64,000 bases of DNA from Blastocatellia bacterium (lineage in GTDB: Bacteria; Acidobacteriota; Blastocatellia; UBA7656). Below the pieces are notes generated by a model that did not search any database, was not told the DNA's origin, and worked only from the letters and a program-made list of their open reading frames with translations. The first letter of the stretch is position 1. Every line of letters begins with the position of its first letter. The DNA lies in the NCBI GenBank assembly GCA_963765495.1, contig CAVXWP010000008.1, positions 128,001 through 192,000 of the forward strand, in the 5' to 3' direction. The position numbers and the translations under genes were made by a program. This document shows positions 57,116-64,000 of this stretch, in pieces.

Positions 57116-58108
57116 TCAGGCAACCGAGCCGGCGCAACTCGACCCGGCTCCCGCCGTACAGCCAAAACAGTGATTGGCCGTATGGATTCGTCTTTGAGCC
57201 AGCTTCCTCAGATCAAGGTCCTCAAGCTTATTAAGCTCCGCAATAGTCCGCGGCATCCCGTTTGATAAAGGCAGTTCGAGCATCTGATTGAAGTCGCAGT
57301 CATAGAGCCGTCCATCCCAGCCTACGCTGATAAGGGCGCGACACATAAGACTCTCGACCGTAGCCGGGTTAAAGCCTGTCACAAGTTTACGCATGTAACG
57401 GTCATAATTTCCCGAGCGGCGCAGATAGCTGAGAAAACGACTGATAGGCATGTTTGTAATAGTGTAGAGGTGGTTGAACCCGACCGAATATCGCGCAGCA
57501 AGTTCACGTTTGAAATCGCGCTCGATGCCTGCCTGATCGGGCGGCAAGTAAGCGCCTACGGGGTTATAAACGAGGTTGAGCGTCAAACCCGAATCTTGCT
57601 TGCCGTACCCCACATCATTGAGTCGTCGAATCGCCCTGATGCTGTCGTCAAAGACTCCCTGTCCGCGCTGGGCATCGGTCTGCTGGGCGAGGAAGTAAGG
57701 CAGGCTTGCGATGACCTCTACCGCATTATCTCTGAAAAACTCAGGCAGGTGTTGCTTTCCCTCCACGAATTGAACCGTGAGGTTGTGGCGAACGAGCACG
57801 TTTGTGCCAAGCGCCCGCGCTCGCCCAACCAGATACTCGAAATTCGGATTAAGTTCAGGCGCGCCGCCTGTAATATCCAATGTGGAAACACCAAGCCGTT
57901 TAATAGCTTCGATGATCTGTTGCGTGGTCTCGCCTGTCATGATTTCCGTGCGCGCTGGACCCGCATCTACGTGGCAATGCTTGCACGCCTGATTGCAGAG
58001 CTTGCCTACGTTGACCTGCAACGTAGAGATTTCGACCGCGACAAGCTCCCCCAGCCCGTGCAAATCAAGCGTCTCGTCAAATGAGATTATGGGCAGCGTC
58101 TTTGTCAT
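57116..58108 (-). CDS. arsS: ArsS-family radical SAM protein (arsenosugar biosynthesis family)
   Basis: QVNVGKLCNQACKHCHVDAGP, DITGGAPE, YDCDFNQML and C-terminal HCFGCTAGAGSSC motifs. Confidence 0.85.
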   Translation of the reverse strand: MTKTLPIISFDETLDLHGLGELVAVEISTLQVNVGKLCNQACKHCHVDAGPARTEIMTGETTQQIIEAIKRLGVSTLDITGGAPELNPNFEYLVGRARALGTNVLVRHNLTVQFVEGKQHLPEFFRDNAVEVIASLPYFLAQQTDAQRGQGVFDDSIRAIRRLNDVGYGKQDSGLTLNLVYNPVGAYLPPDQAGIERDFKRELAARYSVGFNHLYTITNMPISRFLSYLRRSGNYDRYMRKLVTGFNPATVESLMCRALISVGWDGRLYDCDFNQMLELPLSNGMPRTIAELNKLEDLDLRKLAQRRIHTANHCFGCTAGAGSSCAGSVA

Positions 58109-58165
58109 CCCAATCCTTAAAACCAGCATCTGATAACGGCTCTGTGATTTATCTTTTTGGTTTCT

Positions 58166-58495
58166 CTACATTGAAACCTTATCTACGGCGTTATGGGTCT
58201 GGATGCCGTGAATTAGCGCGGCCCCGCCCCTTATGGCCGAGGCCATGTGAATGGCTTCTGTCATCTGCTCCATATTGGAGCCTGATTCGAGACAGGATTT
58301 AGCATAAGCGTCAATGCAATAAGGGCATTGGAGCGCGTGCGCCACGGCGAGCCCGATGAGAGCTTTCTCTCTGCGCGAGAGAGCCCCGTCCTCTTGAGCC
58401 GCGTTGTACCAGTCCATGAATTTTTGAAAAAGATCGGGTCTGTGTTTGCCTATTTCACCGAACCGCTCAAGGTCGTCCTCTTCGTAATAGTGCAT
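58166..58495 (-). CDS. ArsS-associated CMD/AhpD-like protein
   Basis: REKALIGLAVAHALQCPYCIDAY and AIRGGAALIHG motifs. Confidence 0.88.
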   Translation of the reverse strand: MHYYEEDDLERFGEIGKHRPDLFQKFMDWYNAAQEDGALSRREKALIGLAVAHALQCPYCIDAYAKSCLESGSNMEQMTEAIHMASAIRGGAALIHGIQTHNAVDKVSM

Positions 58496-58859
58496 CCTCG
58501 AATCCTCCGAAACAGATCGTCAAAAGTATTTTTAGATGATACCGATAATCCTGACTCGAAGAAAGCTCGCCTTGACCGGGCGTCTTAAAGTGATGCGATA
58601 AGACAGTACTGGTGTAGCTTATTAAGACAGGGGCTTGATTGGAAGAAGAAAACAGCCCGGTCGCAAATATTAATAATTTCCCGAAAAACGGCATGTTCCA
58701 AGCAAATCAGCGGATGTGATCCTCTGTGGCACAATGGTTGATAGGTATAGAAGCGAGTTCGGAAATTAAATCGAACACTCACAAGCGTCCACAACTAGCG
58801 CGCTCGTATACAGACTAATACTTTAACATAGGCGTGGATTAGTAAAGACGGTTGTGACA

Positions 58860-58883
58860 GGGGGGCTGAAAGGCCCCCTTTTG
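58860..58883 (+). terminator. Orphan plus-strand terminator-like hairpin
   Basis: GGGGGC-TGAAAG-GCCCCC followed by TTTT. Confidence 0.55.
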
Positions 58884-58973
58884 CCTGTTTATCGAAGACC
58901 GCGTATTGCTTGTGCGCGCAGGCGCGACTATTACATTATATGGAAGGGAATTGCTGCGGATCGGAGCGACCGC

Positions 58974-59015
58974 CCCTGGATGAAATTCTCTGGATGAAAT
59001 CCTGTGGATGAATTG
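58974..59015 (+). repeat. 14-bp-period direct repeat x3 (TGGATGAA core) upstream of the SOD gene
   Basis: CCTGGATGAAATTC TCTGGATGAAATCC TGTGGATGAATTGC. Confidence 0.7.
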
Positions 59016-59116
59016 CCGACCGCGCATTTATCAATCATAATGCAGCGAGGGCTGCAAAGAATCGAATCAGTCCCATTACCGAAAGGGGCGATTTTGCAAA
59101 CAAAGGAGATTACTAA

Positions 59117-59758
59117 ATGAACAACAAAAAGACCTACCAGGCGAAGCAGTTCAACCTGAGCGGGCTTAACGGCATTTCCGATCAGACCCTTGAGATGCAC
59201 TTCAAGCTCTATGAGGGCTATGTCAAAAACACAAACACGCTCAATGAAAAGATAGCCGACCTCGTAAAGGGCGGCTCGGTTGGCGAGTCGGACATGGTGG
59301 CCTTCTCCGAGTTGTCTCGCCGTCTGGGTTTCGAATACAACGGGATGGTGTTGCACGAATATTATTTCGGCAATATGAAAAAAGACGGATCGGGCGATGC
59401 AGAGAAGAATTCGGCTTTCAACAGTGCGGTCGAGTCAAACTTTGGCAGTTACGATGTGTGGAAGGCCGACTTCACAAGCGTAGGCAAGATGCGCGGCATC
59501 GGCTGGGTCATCTGCTTTCAGGACCCGACAAACGGATACCTGTCAAACCACTGGATAGCCGAGCACGAAGTAGGCAACATAGCCGGATTCAATCCAGTGC
59601 TGGTTATGGACGTATGGGAACACGCTTACCTGCTCGACTACAAACCGGCCGAGCGACCGAAGTATATCGAAGCCTTCTTCTCAAACATTGACTGGGCTGT
59701 TGTTGACGAGCGTCTGAAGATCGGCTCTCAGGCTCGCCCGGCCAGCGGAAATCGGTAG
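59117..59758 (+). CDS. sod: Fe/Mn superoxide dismutase family (divergent, ChrC-like)
   Basis: MHFKLY, LHEYYF and DVWEHAY metal-ligand motifs. Confidence 0.88.
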   Translation: MNNKKTYQAKQFNLSGLNGISDQTLEMHFKLYEGYVKNTNTLNEKIADLVKGGSVGESDMVAFSELSRRLGFEYNGMVLHEYYFGNMKKDGSGDAEKNSAFNSAVESNFGSYDVWKADFTSVGKMRGIGWVICFQDPTNGYLSNHWIAEHEVGNIAGFNPVLVMDVWEHAYLLDYKPAERPKYIEAFFSNIDWAVVDERLKIGSQARPASGNR

Positions 59759-59788
59759 ACCGGAAAGATAGCCACTCAAGACCACCTG

Positions 59789-59820
59789 AAAAAAGGGCCT
59801 GACATTGTGTTAGGCCCTTT
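59789..59820 (+). terminator. Intrinsic terminator of the SOD gene
   Basis: AAAGGGCCTGACA-TTG-TGTTAGGCCCTTT. Confidence 0.75.
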
Positions 59821-59844
59821 GGCTTTACGTGAAGCCTGAATTTT

Positions 59845-59918
59845 AGACAGGATAAACAAGATTCACAGGATTCCAAAAGAGCATAAGAAAAATCTCGTAA
59901 ATCCAGTAAATCCAGTCT
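59845..59918. repeat. GACAGGAT-class nonamer palindrome
   Basis: GACAGGATA-AACAAGATT-CACAGGATT ... AATCTCGTA-AATCCAGTA-AATCCAGTC. Confidence 0.75.
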
Positions 59919-60080
59919 GATCTTTTTCACGCGCGAATGGGATTTCTTTCGAAGATGAGATAAACTCTATTCTTAGCGATACGTGATGATCCTGAAAATC
60001 CATTAATACAGGCTTGAAGGCCGGGCGTTACCAGAGGAAAGCGATTATGGAACACTTGCGCTCGGTAAAAAATTTGACAC

Positions 60081-60611
60081 ATGGCTGAAAACAAGAGACA
60101 AAAAACTCTCATTCGAATGGTTGTGAATGGGGAATCTATCGAAGTGGCGTTCGCGCCTCATAAGACGCTGCTTGAAGTTCTGCGCGAAGACCTCAACCTG
60201 ACCGGAACAAAGCACGGATGCGAACTTGGCGAGTGCGGAACCTGTGCGGTGCTTGTTGACGGGGTGCCTGTCTTATCCTGCCTCGCGCTTGGGCTCGATA
60301 TGGAAGACCGAGAGGTTGATACGGTAGAAGGTATGGCAAGAGGCGGGCAACTCCATCCTTTACAGGTGGCCTTTGCCGATCTGGGCGCGGCGCAATGCGG
60401 CTATTGCACGCCGGGTTTTTTGCTTACCGCGCAGGAGTTACTTGAAAAGAACCCTGACCCGAATAGAGAGAGCATTAAAGAGGCGCTGTCAGGCAATCTC
60501 TGCCGCTGCACGGGCTATCTGAAGATATACGAAGCTGTAGAACTGGCCGCCGCCCGCATGCGCGGGGAAGAAGCCGAGCCTGCGAGGGAGACTATCTTTG
60601 GCTATGAATAA
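60081..60611 (+). CDS. [2Fe-2S] subunit (HcrC/CoxS-like)
   Basis: [18 protein letters not shown] and NLCRCTGY motifs. Confidence 0.92.
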   Translation: MAENKRQKTLIRMVVNGESIEVAFAPHKTLLEVLREDLNLTGTKHGCELGECGTCAVLVDGVPVLSCLALGLDMEDREVDTVEGMARGGQLHPLQVAFADLGAAQCGYCTPGFLLTAQELLEKNPDPNRESIKEALSGNLCRCTGYLKIYEAVELAAARMRGEEAEPARETIFGYE

Positions 60612-63039
60612 CGGGAATAATGGAAAACCATTAAAGGTTGTGGGCAAGCCTTTTCGAAAGGTGGATGCGCGGGCCAAATGTACGGGGCAGACGCTTTTTG
60701 CCGATGATATAGTTCTGCCGCGCATGCTCTTTGCAAAGCTCCTGCGAAGCCACGTTCCGCACGCCCTGATAAAACGCATTGATGTGTCGAAGGCGGTCGA
60801 ACTCGAAGGCGTTGTTGCCGTTATCACAGGCCGCGATTTGCCTGTTCCATACGGCATTCTGCCTGTGAGTCAGGACGAGCACGCGCTGTGCATCGACAAG
60901 GTGCGTTTCATAGGCGACCCGGTAGCCGCAATCGCCGCCGTTGATGAGGACACGGCATTTGAGGCTATGGACCTGATAGAGGTCGAATACGAACCGCTCG
61001 AACAGATTGCCTCAATCGAAGACGCGCTCAGTATTGAAGAGCCTCGTATTCACGAATACGGCAGCAGCGGAAACATCCATAAAAAAGTCTCACTCGAATT
61101 CGGCGATCTCGAAGAAGGGTTCAGGGAAGCCGATCTCGTGCGCGAAGATGTCTTCTTTTACGAGGGAAACACGCATCTGCCTATGGAGCAGCACGCGGCC
61201 CTCGCTCATTACGACTCGGATGATAAGCTCACGCTTTGGAGCTCGACTCAGACTCCTCATTATGTTCATCGCGCGCTTGCAAAGACACTTGAAATCCCCG
61301 CGAGCCACATTCGCGTGATTGCCACTCCGAACGGCGGCGGGTTTGGCGGCAAAAGCGATCCGTTCAATCACGAGATAGCCGTTTCGAAACTGGCTATGAT
61401 CACCGGCCGACCCGTCAAGATCACGCTCACACGCGAAGAGGTCTTTTATTGTCATCGCGGACGACACCCGGTGCTGATGTGGGTCAAGACCGGAGTCAAG
61501 CGCGACGGCGCTATAACGGCCATGCATTTTCGCACTGCGCTTGACGGCGGCGCATACGGCAGCTACGGCGTGGCGAGCACCTTCTATACGGGCGCGCTCC
61601 AGACCGTTACATACAAGATTCCTCGATACAAATTCGAAGGCGTGCGCTGTTTTACAAACAAGCCTCCCTGCGGACCAAAACGCGGGCACGGCACTCCGCA
61701 GCCGCGATTCGCGCTCGAAGCCCATCTCGACAAGATTGCCGAAGAGCTTGGCCTTGACCCGTTTGATATTCGCCGCAATCATCTGGTTCCTGCCGATTCG
61801 GTGACGGCTAATTATTTGCGCATAGGCAGTATGGGCCTGGGCCGCTGCATCGACAAAATAGTTGAGGCTTCCGGCTGGAAAAACAAATTCGGAAAGCTTC
61901 CTTACGGTCGCGGCATAGGCATGGCCTGTAGCTCATACCTGAGCGGCGCGGGGTTGCCGATTTACTGGAATAACATGCCGCATTCAGGCGTTCAGCTTCG
62001 ACTCGACCGTCAGGGAGGCGTGTGCGTAATGTGCGGGTCTACCGACATCGGGCAGGGGTCGGATTCCATACTTGCCTACATCGTAGCCGAAGTGCTTGGC
62101 ATCGACCCGTTCGATATTCGCGTGCTGACTGCCGATACCGATCTGACGCCGGTTGATCTGGGCAGCTATTCAAGCCGCGTCACCTTGATGACCGGCAACG
62201 CCGCCTTGCAGGCAGCCGAGCGCGCCCGTGAACTTCTGACTATCGCCGCCGCTGAAAAGCTCGGCGCGCCGATCGAGAATATCTCTTTTGCCGAGCGCCG
62301 CGTATTCGATGTAGAGAATCCCGACACGAGCCTGACCTTTGCCGAAGCCGTTCAGCTTGCCGAAGCGAAATACGGAACCATAGGAACGGTTGGTTCCTAT
62401 ACGCCTCCGCGTTCTCCTGGCAAGTTCAAAGGAGCAGGCGTAGGCCCTTCTCCCGCTTACAGCTATTCGGCGGCGACTGTTGAAGTAGATGTTGATCCAG
62501 AGACGGGCATCATCACGGTCGAGCGCGTCTGGATAGCCCACGACATAGGCCGTTCCATCAATCCTACGCTCGTAATGGGGCAGGTCGAAGGCAGCGTGTA
62601 TATGGGGCTGGGAGAAGCCCTGATGGAAGAGATGACCTATCGCGGCAATCGAAACGTGGTTCACAAATTTCCGTCTCTGCTCGAATATAAGAGCCCGACG
62701 ACGCTTGAGATGTGCGATGTGAAGACGATCCTGGTCGAAGACCCGGACCCCAACGGCCCGTTCGGAGCGAAGGAGGCAGGGCAGGGGCCGCTGCTTCCGA
62801 TACCGCCCGCGCTCGTCAATGCGGTCTATGACGCGGTAGGCGTTCGCATCGATGAAGTCCCGGCCAGTCCTGAAAAAGTGCTGGCTGCGATTCGCGCAAA
62901 GGCTCAGGGCAAGGAAGGCCGTTTCGGGCCAAAGACTTTTCCCGACATCGAGTGGCCCGCGCCTTTGAAAGTGCAGACGCCCGAAGAAGGAGGCGACGGG
63001 CGCGAGATGCCGCGCGAGGCCGTCCACGCGAGGGATTAG
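60604..63039 (+). CDS. Xanthine oxidase-family Mo subunit, 4-hydroxybenzoyl-CoA reductase alpha (HcrA)-like
   Basis: GGGFGGK, KRGHG, DIGQGS, GSYSSRVT, GQVEGSV and GAKEAGQG motifs. Confidence 0.82.
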   Translation: MNNGNNGKPLKVVGKPFRKVDARAKCTGQTLFADDIVLPRMLFAKLLRSHVPHALIKRIDVSKAVELEGVVAVITGRDLPVPYGILPVSQDEHALCIDKVRFIGDPVAAIAAVDEDTAFEAMDLIEVEYEPLEQIASIEDALSIEEPRIHEYGSSGNIHKKVSLEFGDLEEGFREADLVREDVFFYEGNTHLPMEQHAALAHYDSDDKLTLWSSTQTPHYVHRALAKTLEIPASHIRVIATPNGGGFGGKSDPFNHEIAVSKLAMITGRPVKITLTREEVFYCHRGRHPVLMWVKTGVKRDGAITAMHFRTALDGGAYGSYGVASTFYTGALQTVTYKIPRYKFEGVRCFTNKPPCGPKRGHGTPQPRFALEAHLDKIAEELGLDPFDIRRNHLVPADSVTANYLRIGSMGLGRCIDKIVEASGWKNKFGKLPYGRGIGMACSSYLSGAGLPIYWNNMPHSGVQLRLDRQGGVCVMCGSTDIGQGSDSILAYIVAEVLGIDPFDIRVLTADTDLTPVDLGSYSSRVTLMTGNAALQAAERARELLTIAAAEKLGAPIENISFAERRVFDVENPDTSLTFAEAVQLAEAKYGTIGTVGSYTPPRSPGKFKGAGVGPSPAYSYSAATVEVDVDPETGIITVERVWIAHDIGRSINPTLVMGQVEGSVYMGLGEALMEEMTYRGNRNVVHKFPSLLEYKSPTTLEMCDVKTILVEDPDPNGPFGAKEAGQGPLLPIPPALVNAVYDAVGVRIDEVPASPEKVLAAIRAKAQGKEGRFGPKTFPDIEWPAPLKVQTPEEGGDGREMPREAVHARD

Positions 63040-63053
63040 AAAGGGAACTAGTT

Positions 63054-63629
63054 ATGGCTACACATTCAATGCCTCGTTACACCCCGGAAGAGTACCTTGA
63101 AATGGAACGCAAGGCCGAGTTCAAGAGCGAGTATCTGGACGGGGCTATCTTTGGGATGGTTGGGGCGAGCGAGCCGCACAACCTGATTGTTGCAAATGTG
63201 CTTGCCCGTATCCATTGGCAGTTACTAAATAGTCCTTGTAGGGTTTACTCAAACGACATGCGTGTTGACATCAGAGAGCACGGGATGTTTGCTTACCCGG
63301 ATGTGGTGGCGCTGTGCGACAAGCCTGTCTTTTCTTGTGAGAGAAAGGACAACCTGCTCAATCCGGCGTTGATCGTCGAAGTGCTTTCCAAATCGACCGA
63401 AGGTTATGACCGGGGAGAGAAATTTGTCCGTTATCGCAGAATAGAATCCCTCGTAGATTATGTTTTGACCGCTCAGGACAGGCATCATCTGGAGCATTAC
63501 GTCAGACAGGATCGAGGCTGGTTGTTTACAGAGACAAACAGCCTGGAGGATTCGATTCACCTGTCTTCTATCAACTGTGACCTGCCTGTGAAAGAGATTT
63601 ACGACAAGGTTGATATGGCCGCGCAATGA
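63054..63629 (+). CDS. Uma2 family endonuclease-like protein
   Basis: YTPEEYL..E, SEYLDG, YPDVV and IVEVLSKST..DRGEK motifs. Confidence 0.9.
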   Translation: MATHSMPRYTPEEYLEMERKAEFKSEYLDGAIFGMVGASEPHNLIVANVLARIHWQLLNSPCRVYSNDMRVDIREHGMFAYPDVVALCDKPVFSCERKDNLLNPALIVEVLSKSTEGYDRGEKFVRYRRIESLVDYVLTAQDRHHLEHYVRQDRGWLFTETNSLEDSIHLSSINCDLPVKEIYDKVDMAAQ

Positions 63630-63668
63630 TCTGATGGATGACCCGACGCGGGAGAGACTAATACCGTT

Positions 63669-64000
63669 ATGATGAGGCTCCCTAAATTTGAATATCGCAT
63701 ACCGCGAGAGATTTCAGACGCGGTAAGGATGCTTGCCGACGCGGGCGGGCAGGGGCAGTTTGTCGCCGGAGGCACGGACCTCTACCCGAATATGAAGCGG
63801 CGGCAACAGACACCCGCCACCGTTATTTCCATTATGCGGATACCTTCGCTGGGCGAGATTCGCGGAGACGGAAAATCGGGGATGGTGATCGGGTCATCGG
63901 TTTCGCTTACGGAAATTTGCGAACACCCGACTATCAATCGCGATTACCCGGTTGTGGCCAGCGCGGCCCGCCAGATCTCTACACCGATACTTCGAAACAT
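63669..64000 (+). CDS. FAD-binding subunit (HcrB/CoxM-like), truncated by the window end; absent from the ORF track
   Basis: MMRLPKFEY...VAGGTDLYPNMKRRQ...ISTPILRN. Confidence 0.88.
   Translation, partial: MMRLPKFEYRIPREISDAVRMLADAGGQGQFVAGGTDLYPNMKRRQQTPATVISIMRIPSLGEIRGDGKSGMVIGSSVSLTEICEHPTINRDYPVVASAARQISTPILRN

Noticed and set aside
57116-57140. Selenocysteine read-through in ArsS
   Set aside because: The relevant position is a TGC Cys codon, and the TGA follows the normal C-terminus.

Overview
64-kb bacterial chromosomal window, moderately GC-rich. The gene repertoire suggests Acidobacteriota, possibly Blastocatellia; this is an inference. Contents in order: a DUF1176 gene and a DUF979/DUF969 pair; ROK-sthA-dienelactone hydrolase; a form II coxSLMG-type Mo-hydroxylase operon; mazG; a long minus-strand accessory tract containing two gene remnants; a frameshifted DUF1844 gene followed by an MBL hydrolase and ribF; a molybdopterin oxidoreductase; argH; an unusual argR-argG-[DUF1611/DgcN-like]-argC-argD-argF'-argB operon; a locus with an S41 protease, anti-sigma, ECF sigma, secreted TPR-CHAT protease and Cys-hairpin peptide, plus a divergent second sigma/anti-sigma pair; an S8 protease; arsS with its CMD partner; an Fe/Mn SOD; and an hcrCAB-like operon interrupted by a Uma2 gene. 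No rRNA, tRNA or CRISPR array was seen. Four highlights: (1) a GxxExxY nuclease-fold gene enclosed in 49-bp inverted repeats built from 9-nt units, with empty copies of the same palindrome elsewhere; one copy sits inside a 203-bp MITE with CAGGG ends and a perfect 10-bp target-site duplication, and parallel heptamer-periodic palindromes occupy operon junctions; (2) a candidate non-canonical N-acylglutamate synthase in an arg operon that may be succinyl-type; (3) a putative peptide-to-CHAT-to-anti-sigma-to-ECF proteolytic signalling module; (4) a Mo-hydroxylase whose catalytic Glu appears replaced by Gln. All family calls come from motif recognition, not database searches.
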